The notes beneath the pieces are model-generated. The model made no database searches. It was not told where the DNA came from and saw only the letters and a list, made by a program, of their open reading frames with translations. From the IMG/VR virus record IMGVR_UViG_3300037067_027643, positions 128,001-192,000 of that record: a stretch of 64,000 nucleotides of DNA. One strand, given 5' to 3'. Below are positions 18,753-29,638 of this stretch, one piece after another; position 1 is the first letter of the stretch; each line of letters opens with the position of its first letter. The DNA is from a virus. Its lineage: Duplodnaviria > Caudoviricetes. The position numbers and the translations under genes are program-made.

Positions 18753-19451
18753 TTATATAATACCACTATCAGTTAAACTATTATTATCCGATACATCTGG
18801 AATAGTAATTACTTCTTGTTTTTTAACTGTAATACTAATAGTAACTCTACCGCCAGTTTCATTTCCAATAATAGTTAATGTTGCACTCTTATCTGATAAT
18901 GGTTGTCCCTTTGCTGTTATCTTAAATTGGAACCCTATTGCAGTAATTGATTCAGTATTTCCATCTGTAACAAATTCTGGAAAAGTTGGCAATCCGTTAA
19001 AATTAACCTGTGTTCCAACTGGTTCTAACATTGCTACAGTTGAATCACTTAATATTGCTGTATATCCAAACGTACTATTACCATTTTGATAATTTATAGT
19101 TTGTGGACTAACGGTTTGACTTTGACCATTTGTTGTAAATGTTAAAGTAGTTGCACCTGCTACTGACAATACTGGAATTCTATTAGTACTTTTCTTCAAT
19201 GATACTAACTTATATTTCATTGATTGGTTTTCATCGGGACTCGCTTCTATGATTGGCATATTTTCTATAGCCTCTCCGTAGTAGTCTGAACCAAGTGGAT
19301 GATTGGGATTCCATAGTCTGTAGTCGCATTCGTCATCTGCCAGCGCAAACATACTGATTTTAAAAGCTCCTTGGCCTTTCGCTAGAATGGAACGGCCTTT
19401 GGCTGTAAGGATTGCGTCGCAAATGATTGATTGATTATTTAAAAATGACAT
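18753..19451 (-). CDS. Virion structural protein
   Basis: DAILTAKGR, FALADDE.DY, ENMPIIEA, GNETGG; AGGAG at 19460-19464. Confidence 0.6.
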   Translation of the reverse strand: MSFLNNQSIICDAILTAKGRSILAKGQGAFKISMFALADDECDYRLWNPNHPLGSDYYGEAIENMPIIEASPDENQSMKYKLVSLKKSTNRIPVLSVAGATTLTFTTNGQSQTVSPQTINYQNGNSTFGYTAILSDSTVAMLEPVGTQVNFNGLPTFPEFVTDGNTESITAIGFQFKITAKGQPLSDKSATLTIIGNETGGRVTISITVKKQEVITIPDVSDNNSLTDSGII

Positions 19452-19472
19452 CGTATAATCTCCTATATTTTA

Positions 19473-19802
19473 TTATTTATTATTTATTATTTCTCTTATT
19501 TTGTTTTCTATTAATTGTTCTAATTTATTTAAATTGTTATTATTTTCCTTTATAACAATAAAATCTGTTAACGATTGATTTAATAAATCATTAATCTTAT
19601 TATCACTATAATTAGTAATATTTTTTATTTTTGTTTTTATATCATTTTTATTTCCTTCAAATTGCACTCTTCCATTTCTATATAGTACATACCAATCACC
19701 TTTACCAGCTCTTAATTTAAGACTGTTCATCTCACTTGATGATTTAAGTGGTTGTTCAGATAATTGTTTTTGATTTGAAGATTTCATTAAAAAATGATAC
19801 AT
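19473..19802 (-). CDS. Small protein with C-terminal LEQLIENKIREII motif
   Basis: ORF track; late motif at 19817-19826. Confidence 0.5.
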   Translation of the reverse strand: MYHFLMKSSNQKQLSEQPLKSSSEMNSLKLRAGKGDWYVLYRNGRVQFEGNKNDIKTKIKNITNYSDNKINDLLNQSLTDFIVIKENNNNLNKLEQLIENKIREIINNK

Positions 19803-19816
19803 TATATTTATTATAT

Positions 19817-19879
19817 TATAAATAGTTAAAAAATAATTTAAAATAAATTTGGTAGTCTGATTTATTTGTTGTATATTTG
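19817..19879. promoter_or_regulatory. Divergent promoter module: late motif (leftward) plus Bacteroidota-type promoter (rightward)
   Basis: TATAAATAGT 19817-19826; TTTG 19848-19851, N20, TATATTTG 19872-19879. Confidence 0.8.
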
Positions 19880-19908
19880 TAGTGTTAAATTAATTAAAAA
19901 TAAACAAT

Positions 19909-20391
19909 ATGAAAACAGTAAAATTAACAAAACGTACACAAGAATTAATTTCTAATGGAATGAGTGCTTTAGGATTTAATAATCCAAACGATGTATATTA
20001 TTATATTGAAGAAGAATTATATTGTAAAGAAGCTAAATTAATTCAAGAATTTTTACAATGGTTATTTAAAATTAATAGACCTTACGGTAGAGTAAATGCA
20101 CAACAAAGATGGAATGAATTCATTTCTGGAGAAAAAGCTCCTGAACATTATTTTTTATTAAAATATGAATTTGATTATGATGTAAAATGTACTAATGGAA
20201 TTTTTCATAATACATCTAAACAAGTAGAAAGAATTACTAATCCAAACGATATTAATGAAGTTGCAAATATTATGAAAAATTTCAATTTTGTTAACAATGA
20301 ATATAGAATTAAAACTGTTAATGAAAATGGAGAATTAATTAAAGAATATACTCATAATGAAATTAAAACTACGGTAGATAAATTAAAATAA
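19909..20391 (+). CDS. Early hypothetical protein
   Basis: First ORF after a host-type promoter. Confidence 0.55.
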   Translation: MKTVKLTKRTQELISNGMSALGFNNPNDVYYYIEEELYCKEAKLIQEFLQWLFKINRPYGRVNAQQRWNEFISGEKAPEHYFLLKYEFDYDVKCTNGIFHNTSKQVERITNPNDINEVANIMKNFNFVNNEYRIKTVNENGELIKEYTHNEIKTTVDKLK

Positions 20392-20392
20392 A

Positions 20393-20424
20393 TTTGTTTA
20401 TCTCAAAAATTATAATTATCTTTG
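20393..20424 (+). promoter_or_regulatory. Bacteroidota sigma-type promoter
   Basis: TTTG-N20-TATCTTTG. Confidence 0.8.
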
Positions 20425-20459
20425 TACTGTTAAATTAAAAAACTAAAAATATATAAAAC

Positions 20460-21702
20460 ATGGAAACAACAACTATTAAAAAGAAAATAACTTTAGCTAC
20501 ATTAAAAAGTTTTGTTAAGAAAAATAAAGAAAATCTATTTATTAATGTGACATCAGAATTCGATGGAATGGTAGATGGAATTTCTTATTGTAATGATGGT
20601 TTTCAAAAAGCTAAATTAACAGAAGATAATATCAAAAATACTTTAGGAATTCAAGGAGCTTGGCTCGTTGGAGGTAGTAGAAATTATTTTGATAGTTATG
20701 AAGACGATAATTATATTGGCTACAATGTATATAATTGCTGTGGAGCGTTTTATTTGGTAATTAAAAAATAAAAAATATAATATGAAAACAATTAAAAGTT
20801 TAATTTTAGAAAGAATTAACAAAATAAAAACAGAAGAAAATAATTTTAAATCTATATATTGGAACAATAATTATGTTTCTTATTTTGAATTTAACTCTGA
20901 TATAACAAAACATATTTCAGAAGTAATTTTTGAAAATTTAAATGATGATGATTTAGTTAGATTATTTGAATACATACTTTTGTGTCGAGCTGATATTGTA
21001 ACCAATAGAGTAAATCAAACATATTTTAATTATAAATCATCAAAATAAATATAATAATGGAAAAAAGAGTTTGTAATGAAGATTGTAATAATTGTCCAAT
21101 AGTAGGACATCCAAATTCAAGAATGATAACCAAAGTTTTAAATGAACTATTAGATAAATTTGGTGAAGATGTATATGAAGTAGTTCAAAATAATTGTCCT
21201 AATTTAACAGTTTGTTATGACTGTAGAATTGATGATTTTTGTCACATTGAAGGATGTGAATTAATTAATGATAATAAAGAATAATATGGAAAACGATAAT
21301 TGGATAAACTATGCAGAACTTGATTTTAATGATATTACTAGTAAACAATATCACATAGATACAAGAGATTTTTATTCTTTGATAAATAAAAAACCAACAG
21401 AACATGATTTACATTTGGATAAAATTAAAAATTATCCAGATAAATTCTTTTATACTCCAGAAGAAATTGTAGAAATCCTAAATAAATTATATAATGAAAG
21501 TAGTGGTAAAAATGAATGGAGAATGTTGATGTTAGATGGAGAAGGAGAAAAACTTACATCTAATTGGAAATTTAAGTATATCAGAATTTATAGAACAGAA
21601 TTTGGTTTGATTATCTGTAATAGTGATAATATAGCAATGAAAAAATCAGAAGTGAATTCTAAAGTAAATCAAACATATTTACATGCACATTCAACAAATT
21701 AA
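20460..21702 (+). other. Run of four small early hypothetical CDS (20460-20771, 20782-21048, 21057-21284 Cys-rich, 21268-21702)
   Basis: ORF track; tightly packed, co-oriented. Confidence 0.55.
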
Positions 21703-22231
21703 TATGGAAAAAGAAAATTTAATTGAAATAGCCAAAGAATACGCAATATTTTGCCACACTTCGACTAATCATTTTTATGATATTGATAAACCTTATGATG
21801 TACATTTACAATTAACATTTGAATATGGGTTAAAGTTTGATTATTTACTCGAAGAAAATGAATGGGTATATACTTTAGCTGCTTGTTGGTGTCATGATTT
21901 GATAGAAGACACTAGAAGGACATATAATGATGTAAAAAATAAAACCAACAAAATTGTTGCAGATATAGTGTATGCAGTTACAAATGAAAAAGGAAAGAAT
22001 AGAAAAGAACGAGCAAATGATAAATATTATACAGGAATTAAAAATACTCCATTAGCTACTTTTGTAAAGTGTTGTGATCGATTAGCAAATATTAAATATT
22101 CTGTTGATAACGATAGTAAAATGTTGGATGTTTATAAAAAAGAAAACAACCATTTTAAAGCGATGTTGTATATAGAACAACTAAAACCAATGTTCGAAGA
22201 AATGGATAAATTATTAAACAATCAAAAATAA
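21683..22231 (+). CDS. HD-domain hydrolase, SpoT/Mesh1-like (likely start 21704)
   Basis: PYDVHL, WCHDLIEDT, VKCCDRLAN. Confidence 0.8.
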   Translation: MHIQQINMEKENLIEIAKEYAIFCHTSTNHFYDIDKPYDVHLQLTFEYGLKFDYLLEENEWVYTLAACWCHDLIEDTRRTYNDVKNKTNKIVADIVYAVTNEKGKNRKERANDKYYTGIKNTPLATFVKCCDRLANIKYSVDNDSKMLDVYKKENNHFKAMLYIEQLKPMFEEMDKLLNNQK

Positions 22232-22237
22232 CTCAAT

Positions 22238-22852
22238 ATGTCACTATTCAGTAAAATTTCAAAAAATAGAGAAGAATTAAATCGTTTAGAAACAAAACTA
22301 AAAGAATACGATTCTCAAATCGACAAATATATAGAGTCTCAAAAGAAATGGGATTCAAATTATAAATTAACATTAAAAGAAAAATACATTTTTACTCTTT
22401 TTATAATGTTTAATTGGTACAAAATAGATTCATCTGTATTATATGGTATCGATTTAAAAAGAGTAGAAAATACAGAAAATTCTTATAGTACAGGTAATAT
22501 TGATCGATTACATCAACGAAATGATTCAATGTACGAACGTTATTATGGTTCTACTAGTTTATTTATAACCAATAACATAAAAGAAATTTTTATATATTTA
22601 TTAAAACATAATAGTCATTTATTTTGGAAACAAGAAGTAAACGAAGGTCATACTGTTTTATCTTGTGTAGATTGGTGTAAAAATGCTATTGATACATATA
22701 CAACAGAACAAATGTACGATTTATTAAGTTTGAAATATGATATTTATTCAAATGAATCTATTTTGTTTGATGAAGAATATGTTGTATTTATTAGTAAAGA
22801 TAAAATTTATGATAAATATGATAATATTATAAAAATTGATTTAAACAATTAA
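22238..22852 (+). CDS. Hypothetical protein
   Basis: ORF track. Confidence 0.5.
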   Translation: MSLFSKISKNREELNRLETKLKEYDSQIDKYIESQKKWDSNYKLTLKEKYIFTLFIMFNWYKIDSSVLYGIDLKRVENTENSYSTGNIDRLHQRNDSMYERYYGSTSLFITNNIKEIFIYLLKHNSHLFWKQEVNEGHTVLSCVDWCKNAIDTYTTEQMYDLLSLKYDIYSNESILFDEEYVVFISKDKIYDKYDNIIKIDLNN

Positions 22853-22993
22853 TAAAAATGATACAAGATTTAAATTTAGAAATAGATAAAATTATAAATA
22901 ATAAAGATAATAGTAATAGAATTGATAATACTATTATAATAAAAGAATCTAATTATTCAAATTCTGAATTATTTGATATAGATAATGAATTAA

Positions 22994-23263
22994 TTGAAAG
23001 AAAATATAACCCAATTGTTATGTACGGAATATAAATTTAAAAATAAATATATTATGAAACCAAAATTCAAATACGATTACGATATATTAGCATCATTTAA
23101 TATATTAATATTTTTAACCGGATTAGTATTTATTATTTTAAAGTTATTTAATTATATAACATGGAGTTGGTGGTGGGTAACTTGTCCATTTTGGGGAGGT
23201 ATAATATTTATTATTGCTATTATCATATTAATAGTTATATTTTTAAAACAAGAATTAGGATAA
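22994..23263 (+). CDS. Small membrane protein (ITWSWWWVTCPFW family)
   Basis: Two TM segments with the FIILKL..YITWSWWWV motif common in phages. Confidence 0.65.
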   Translation: MKENITQLLCTEYKFKNKYIMKPKFKYDYDILASFNILIFLTGLVFIILKLFNYITWSWWWVTCPFWGGIIFIIAIIILIVIFLKQELG

Positions 23264-23287
23264 AGTATAATATAAAAATCAAAAAAT

Positions 23288-24166
23288 ATGAAAACCTATT
23301 GCTTAAATTTAGACAAAACATTTGATCCGTGTATAGATTGTGGATATTATTATAATATTGAATACGAAATGATTCAATTTAGTGGAGGAGAATTACATAT
23401 CAAACTAAAAAATGAATTTTTTAACTTAGCTAATAATTTTTCGGATATAGAAACTGTTACTATTACTCAACGAATTAGAAATAGTGATGATCTAATGAAA
23501 ATTTTAATAGCTAAAGACGCATTAGAGCGAAAAGGAATAAAACATTTTAATTTAGTTATACCATATATTCCCTACGCTAGACAGGATCGACAATGTAATG
23601 AAGGAGAATCATTTACATTAAAAGTATTTACAAATATAATTAATTCAGCAAATTTTGAAGAAGTTATTGTTTTAGATGCTCATAGTGATGTTGCCCCAGC
23701 TTTATTAAATAATTGTACTAATATATTAAATACAAGATATGTTGAAGAAGCAATAACAGATATTAATTCTACAGCTGGATTATTATTGATTAGTCCTGAT
23801 AGCGGAGCAAATAAAAAAATAAATAAATTATTTGATAACTTAAAATGTTTTGATAGAATTATTAATTGTGATAAAAAACGTGATTTAACAACTGGTAAAT
23901 TAAGTGGATTTAAAGTATTTGCTACAGATTTAAGCAAACGAGATTGTATTATTGTGGATGATATTTGTGATGAAGGAAGAACATTTATTGGAATTGCGGA
24001 AGAATTAAAAAAATTAAATACTGGAAACATTTATTTATTTGTGACTCATGGTATATTTAGTAATGGTTTTGATGAATTAAGTAAATATTTTACAAAAATA
24101 TATTGTACCAATTCGTTTAAAGATATTGATGATCCAATAGTTACTCAATTTAAAATTCAATTATAA
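23288..24166 (+). CDS. Ribose-phosphate pyrophosphokinase-like enzyme (Adps-type)
   Basis: FSGGE, PYIPYARQDR, LDAHS, SPDSGA, IVDDICDEGRTF, VTHGIF. Confidence 0.9.
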   Translation: MKTYCLNLDKTFDPCIDCGYYYNIEYEMIQFSGGELHIKLKNEFFNLANNFSDIETVTITQRIRNSDDLMKILIAKDALERKGIKHFNLVIPYIPYARQDRQCNEGESFTLKVFTNIINSANFEEVIVLDAHSDVAPALLNNCTNILNTRYVEEAITDINSTAGLLLISPDSGANKKINKLFDNLKCFDRIINCDKKRDLTTGKLSGFKVFATDLSKRDCIIVDDICDEGRTFIGIAEELKKLNTGNIYLFVTHGIFSNGFDELSKYFTKIYCTNSFKDIDDPIVTQFKIQL

Positions 24167-24170
24167 AGAT

Positions 24171-24572
24171 ATGGAAGACAGATATCTAGATTTTAATGAA
24201 AATGTAAATCGATTAATTAACGATTATAAAAAACATGGTAACTTATTTATTGCGTTTGACTTTGATAATACAGTTTTTGATTATTTTAATGTAGGAGATA
24301 TATATCCAAAAATAGAATCAATACTAAGATATTTGAAACAGAATAATTTCGATCTAATATTATTTACAGGAAATGAAGGAAATAAATTACAAGAAATAAT
24401 CAAGTATTGTAGAGATCATGGTTATAAACCAACGTATATAAATGAAAACCCAATTATGAAGACAAGAAAACCATATTATAATCTTTTATTAGATGATAGA
24501 GCTGGTTTAAAAGAAGCTTACGAAATTTTATTATTAACCCTTAAACAATTAAATTATGATTACAAGTATTAA
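24171..24572 (+). CDS. HAD-superfamily phosphatase
   Basis: AFDFDNT, LFTG, KP....LDDRAG. Confidence 0.75.
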   Translation: MEDRYLDFNENVNRLINDYKKHGNLFIAFDFDNTVFDYFNVGDIYPKIESILRYLKQNNFDLILFTGNEGNKLQEIIKYCRDHGYKPTYINENPIMKTRKPYYNLLLDDRAGLKEAYEILLLTLKQLNYDYKY

Positions 24573-26046
24573 CCCAATGTGCTTAATTGATGGATACAAA
24601 GCAGATCACAGAAGGCAGTATCCAGAAGGAACAGAATATGTTTATTCAAATTTTACTCCTAGAATGAGTAGACTTAATGGAGTCAATGAAATTGTATTTT
24701 TTGGTCTACAATATTTTATTAAAGAATACTTAATTGACAGATGGAATACTGGATTTTTTAATAAACCTAAAGAAAAAGTATTAGCCGATTATAAACGCAG
24801 AATGGATAATTATTTAGGTAAAGATGCTATACCAATAGAACATATTGGAGAATTACACGATTTAGGTTATTTACCTATTCAAATTAAAGCATTACCAGAA
24901 GGAACATTATGTCCAATAGGAATTCCATGTTTAACAATTATCAATACAATTCCAAAATTCTTTTGGTTAACAAATTATTTTGAAACATTATTAAGTAATG
25001 TACTTTGGAAACCTATTACCTCAGCAACTACAGCTCGTCAATACCGTAAAAGATTTGAAGAATATGCTAATAAAACTGGTTATGATAAATCATTTATTCA
25101 ATGGCAAGGACATGATTTTAGTTTTAGAGGAATGAGTGGAAATGAAGATGCTTTAATGAGTGCCGCTGGACATTTACTTTCATTTACAGGAACAGATACA
25201 ATTCCAGCAATTGACTTCCTAGAAATGTATTACAATGCAGATTCGACTAAAGAACTAGTAGGAGGTTCGGTTCCAGCATCTGAACATAGTTGTATGTGTT
25301 TAGGAGAACAGGAAGGAGAGATTGAAACCTTTAGAAGACTTATTACTAAACTATATCCAAGTGGTGTCGTTAGCGTTGTCAGCGATACATGGGATTTTTT
25401 TAAGGTAATGACTGAATATCTACCGGAATTAAAGGAAGAAATCTTAGCAAGAGATGGAAGATTGGTTATTAGACCTGATAGCGGAGATCCAGTTAAAATT
25501 ATTTGTGGAGATATGGAAAGTCCAGAATCTATGATTACAGAAAGCCAAAGAAAAGGTGCGTACGAAATACTTTGGGATATATTTGGTGGTACTATTAATG
25601 AAAAAGGATATAAAGTACTTAATCCTAAAGTTGGAATGATTTACGGCGATTCTATTACATTAGATAGACAAAAACAAATACTTGAAAGATTAGAAACGAA
25701 AGGATTTTCTGCTAGTAATTTAGTATTAGGTATTGGTTCATTTACTTATGAGTATGTTACAAGAGATACATTTGGATTTGCTATGAAAGCTACTTGGGGA
25801 CAAGTAAATGGAATAGCTAAAGATATTTTCAAAAACCCAAAAACCGATTCTGGATTTAAAAAATCTGCAAAAGGTTTATTAATGGTTTATTCTGAAGATG
25901 GAATATTAAAATTAAAAAATCAATGTACTCCAGAAGAAGAAACTCAAGGACTACTACAAGAAGTATTTAAAGATGGAGTATTATTAAAAGATTTTACTTT
26001 ATCAGAAATAAGAAATAATGTTTTAAGTAATTTATCAAAATATTGA
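24556..26046 (+). CDS. Nicotinamide phosphoribosyltransferase-like enzyme (Namat-type)
   Basis: DGYKADH, HDFSFRG, FTGTDT, PASEHS, VSDTWD, IRPDSGDP, IYGDSIT, TRDTFGFAMKAT. Confidence 0.92.
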   Translation: MITSINPMCLIDGYKADHRRQYPEGTEYVYSNFTPRMSRLNGVNEIVFFGLQYFIKEYLIDRWNTGFFNKPKEKVLADYKRRMDNYLGKDAIPIEHIGELHDLGYLPIQIKALPEGTLCPIGIPCLTIINTIPKFFWLTNYFETLLSNVLWKPITSATTARQYRKRFEEYANKTGYDKSFIQWQGHDFSFRGMSGNEDALMSAAGHLLSFTGTDTIPAIDFLEMYYNADSTKELVGGSVPASEHSCMCLGEQEGEIETFRRLITKLYPSGVVSVVSDTWDFFKVMTEYLPELKEEILARDGRLVIRPDSGDPVKIICGDMESPESMITESQRKGAYEILWDIFGGTINEKGYKVLNPKVGMIYGDSITLDRQKQILERLETKGFSASNLVLGIGSFTYEYVTRDTFGFAMKATWGQVNGIAKDIFKNPKTDSGFKKSAKGLLMVYSEDGILKLKNQCTPEEETQGLLQEVFKDGVLLKDFTLSEIRNNVLSNLSKY

Positions 26047-26050
26047 TAAT

Positions 26051-26299
26051 ATGATAATAGAAATAGATAATATAAAATACATCAAATATTTTAAAGAAAA
26101 AGGTAGTAAAGATTATAAATTTTCTGATAATGGAAATCTTACCTATATAACTAAAAGAGGATCTTTTTCTGTTTGTTGTGGACATACAATTGATGATAGT
26201 GATCAATTATGGGGTAATGCCTATAAATATAAAACTATTATTAAAGAAACTAACGAATATTTAATTATTGGAATGGATCCAGAATATTTAATAGAATAA
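26051..26299 (+). CDS. Hypothetical protein
   Basis: ORF track. Confidence 0.45.
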   Translation: MIIEIDNIKYIKYFKEKGSKDYKFSDNGNLTYITKRGSFSVCCGHTIDDSDQLWGNAYKYKTIIKETNEYLIIGMDPEYLIE

Positions 26300-26332
26300 C
26301 ACTTCATATTTTTATTTTCTTAATTTAACAAG

Positions 26333-26370
26333 ATCCATTGGAATTAATTTTTCGGTGGATTTTTTGTTTT
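26333..26370 (+). terminator. Intrinsic terminator
   Basis: ATCCATTGGA...TTCGGTGGAT followed by a T-tract. Confidence 0.7.
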
Positions 26371-26436
26371 TAAATCTTTTTACTATTTATATAAATATAA
26401 TGTATTAAACTTTTTTATAATAGATAGTAAAATAAC

Positions 26437-27654
26437 ATGGCAGAATACATAGATAATCAATATCCAAATGAAATTATTATTCCTGTTTGGGATAACAACC
26501 CACAAGCTATTCATCCAAATCAAAAAGCTACACCATGGGGATATTATGATGCCGATCCATTGTTTCAATGTGATGCTGTAAAATTCTCTCTTTGGGCTGC
26601 TGGAAGATTGGGATTTCCACAGATGGAAGTAGAATTGCAATCTGGAAGTTTCTATGCTTGTTATGAAGAAGCTATTAACGAATACTCTTCTATTGTAAAT
26701 CAGTTCAACATGCGTGAAAATATGTTAACCTTACAAGGAAGTGAATTCAGTGTAAGTACGAATTTATCGCAACAGGTAGTAAGACCAAATTTAGGAAGAG
26801 TAATTCAAATAGCAACAGAATATGGAACAGAAGCTGGAAGTGGTGGAGATGTAGCTGTTTATTCAGCATCTATACAAGCATTTCCGGGTACTCAGGTATA
26901 TGATTTAGAAGCTTGTGTTTCACAATCTATGTATGATCAAGGAATTACAGATAAAGGAATTGAAAATAATATAGAAATTAGACAGGTATTTCAGTATGCT
27001 CCTCCTGCTATTAATAGATATTTTAATCCATTTATAGGAACAGGGAATCAATATTTAATGAGTAGTTTTGGATGGGATAAAATAAGTGGAGTAAACTATA
27101 TTATGATGCCACTTAGTAATGATTTACTTAGGGTACAAGCTATTAAGATGAGTGATCAAGTAAGAAAAAGTGCTTATTCATTTCAAATATTAGATAATAA
27201 GATTAGAGTATTTCCAAAACCATTAGATTTTATGACTATTTGGTTTAGCTTTATTTTTAAAAGTGATAGAAACTCTACAATGTTTCCTACTGCTAACGAT
27301 GGTTCTACATTTATATCTGATATGAGTGATGTACCCTACGGATTAATGCGTTATGGCGGAATTAATATGCCGGGTAAACAATGGATAGCAAAATGGGGAT
27401 TAGCATTAAGTAGAGAATTATTAGGAGCTATAAGAAGTAAATATACAAGTGTACCAAGTTTAAATGAAGGTATTACATTAGATGGAGAAGCATTAAAAGC
27501 TCAAGCAGCGACAGAAAAAGAAATATTACTTACAGAAATAAAAGATACATTGGAAGCTATGAGCAAAAAAGTACAATTGGAAAATAAAGCAGCAGAAAGT
27601 GAACAAGTTAAAAATATATTAAACAACGTACCGATGCCAATTTATATCGGGTAA
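26437..27654 (+). CDS. Neck protein (T4 gp13-like)
   Basis: RLGFPQMEVEL, LLGAIRSKY, ITLDGEAL, PMPIYIG; late motif at 26382-26391. Confidence 0.75.
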   Translation: MAEYIDNQYPNEIIIPVWDNNPQAIHPNQKATPWGYYDADPLFQCDAVKFSLWAAGRLGFPQMEVELQSGSFYACYEEAINEYSSIVNQFNMRENMLTLQGSEFSVSTNLSQQVVRPNLGRVIQIATEYGTEAGSGGDVAVYSASIQAFPGTQVYDLEACVSQSMYDQGITDKGIENNIEIRQVFQYAPPAINRYFNPFIGTGNQYLMSSFGWDKISGVNYIMMPLSNDLLRVQAIKMSDQVRKSAYSFQILDNKIRVFPKPLDFMTIWFSFIFKSDRNSTMFPTANDGSTFISDMSDVPYGLMRYGGINMPGKQWIAKWGLALSRELLGAIRSKYTSVPSLNEGITLDGEALKAQAATEKEILLTEIKDTLEAMSKKVQLENKAAESEQVKNILNNVPMPIYIG

Positions 27655-27660
27655 AACAAG

Positions 27661-28278
27661 ATGGAAAACAGACAAATTCTTAGACAAATAACAGCTAATT
27701 ACAAAAAACTACAGGAATATCCATTCATGAGTATTCATCCTGAAATAATGGCTAATCGTTTAAGATATCAATCAGAATTAGATAAATTATTTAATGAATT
27801 TGGAATACATGGAGCGATGTTAGATAATACAACAATTGATAATAATGCTTTAATTAAATTAATGAAAAGATTAAATAACTTTTTAAATAAATACAAAATA
27901 AAAGATATTGACCCAATGAGTACTAAACAATTAGAAATGGAACAACAGGTTCATCGAGAACTTTATAAAATGATGAATGAAGTAGAAACAGATAATAAAG
28001 AAGCTAATAAAGATGAAAAACTTGAACAATTACTAAATGATATGAATGATATTTCTACTTTACTTTCTAAAAAATTTAATGAACTTAAAAAGAGCGAGGA
28101 ACAATTAATAGCAGCTAATACATCAGAAGATGAATATGGAACAATACAATCAGAAAACATGAAAGAATCATTAAGTTCAATTAAGAAAACATTAGTAAAC
28201 TTAGGTAAGACATATCAATTCTTTTTGACTTATATTGAAAAATATGGGTATTCAACAACAAAAAATAAGGAGAATTAA
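27661..28278 (+). CDS. Coiled-coil hypothetical protein in the neck operon
   Basis: ORF track. Confidence 0.5.
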   Translation: MENRQILRQITANYKKLQEYPFMSIHPEIMANRLRYQSELDKLFNEFGIHGAMLDNTTIDNNALIKLMKRLNNFLNKYKIKDIDPMSTKQLEMEQQVHRELYKMMNEVETDNKEANKDEKLEQLLNDMNDISTLLSKKFNELKKSEEQLIAANTSEDEYGTIQSENMKESLSSIKKTLVNLGKTYQFFLTYIEKYGYSTTKNKEN

Positions 28279-28280
28279 AG

Positions 28281-28823
28281 ATGTGTGCTATGTGGGGTAG
28301 TAGTCGTGATGTAAGTTTCTTTAGACAAATAAATAGAGAGATGTTCGGTAGAATACTTCAACAAGAAGTAGATATTTATAAAGCGGCTATATATCAAGAA
28401 GATATTAATTTATATGGAGAAACTTTAAATAAATTATTTTTTAAAGGTGTTAGATTAGCTGGACTAGTTGGTACAGAAACAGAAACAGTAGATTATGAAG
28501 AAAATAATTTAGATACCGGACAAAATTCAATATTTAGATTTTTAAGGGATGATTTAAAAGCAAGAAATATAGTATTAGATATAGGTGATATAATTCATTG
28601 GGATAATAAATATTGGGAAGTAGATAATACAAATGAAAGCAATTATTTTATGGGAAGAAATCCAGATACTAATAAATCAATTGGAAGTGGATTTGGATGG
28701 AATATATCAATTGTTTGTCCTTGTCACTTAACCAAGAAAAGTACAATTAGTAAATTAGAAAAAGTTAGAGCTGGTAAGAACACTCAAAATAAATCAACTA
28801 AAAAGAAAAACAATCTATACTAA
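28281..28823 (+). CDS. Head-closure/neck protein (gp14-like)
   Basis: NLYGE, IGDIIHWDNKYWEV; synteny; AAGGAG at 28267-28272. Confidence 0.6.
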   Translation: MCAMWGSSRDVSFFRQINREMFGRILQQEVDIYKAAIYQEDINLYGETLNKLFFKGVRLAGLVGTETETVDYEENNLDTGQNSIFRFLRDDLKARNIVLDIGDIIHWDNKYWEVDNTNESNYFMGRNPDTNKSIGSGFGWNISIVCPCHLTKKSTISKLEKVRAGKNTQNKSTKKKNNLY

Positions 28824-28835
28824 TATATATTATAA

Positions 28836-29636
28836 ATGACTCCAAGAACACCTAAAATAAAATCTCAAACTGAATTATCCTCAGGAAAACCTGATAAAAG
28901 GATTCGTGCAAATGATATTCGTAGAGATGAAGATACACATGGAGATTTAAGAATTGGATTATATGACATAGATGGTTGCATTCAATATTACTTTGACAAT
29001 GTTATTAAACCAAGAGTAATGGAAGGAGATGAAGTAATTGATGTTCCTTGTTTATTTAGCAATCCTGAACGTTGGGTATCAGTACAAAGAGATGGATATT
29101 ATAGGGATACAAAAGGAAAGATTCAATGTCCTCTTATCATGTTAAAAAGAACAAGTATATCAAAGAATAGAGATTTAGCGAGAAACATAGATGCTAATAT
29201 GCCAAGAGTGATAAGAACATTTACAACCAATTATTCTAAAAAAAATAATTATGATGCTTGGAGTGTATTAACAAATACAAAAAAAACTAAAGAACAATAT
29301 AATGTAGTAATTCCTGATTATGTAAAACTTACCTATGAATGTATGATTTGGACTTCTTATATCGAACAACTAAATAAGGTACAAGAAGCGATTAGTTATG
29401 CAGAAAGTTCATATTGGGGAGATCCAGATGAGTTTAAATTTTTAGCTGTAATAAATGAATTTAGCAATCAAACAGAAGTAAGTGATGGTAAGGATAGAAT
29501 GATAAGATGTAATTTTACTATTAATTTGAACGGATATATAATATCCAATGCATTACAGAAACAGATTAATGAATATCAAAAGAACTTTACTACACAAATT
29601 ATTAAAATTGATGGAAAGATTATAGGAGAGCAATAA
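28836..29636 (+). CDS. Tail terminator/sheath stabiliser (gp15-like)
   Basis: VP....PERW, PLIMLKRT, PDYVKLTYE..IWT, F.INLNGY; synteny. Confidence 0.65.
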   Translation: MTPRTPKIKSQTELSSGKPDKRIRANDIRRDEDTHGDLRIGLYDIDGCIQYYFDNVIKPRVMEGDEVIDVPCLFSNPERWVSVQRDGYYRDTKGKIQCPLIMLKRTSISKNRDLARNIDANMPRVIRTFTTNYSKKNNYDAWSVLTNTKKTKEQYNVVIPDYVKLTYECMIWTSYIEQLNKVQEAISYAESSYWGDPDEFKFLAVINEFSNQTEVSDGKDRMIRCNFTINLNGYIISNALQKQINEYQKNFTTQIIKIDGKIIGEQ

Positions 29637-29638
29637 AA

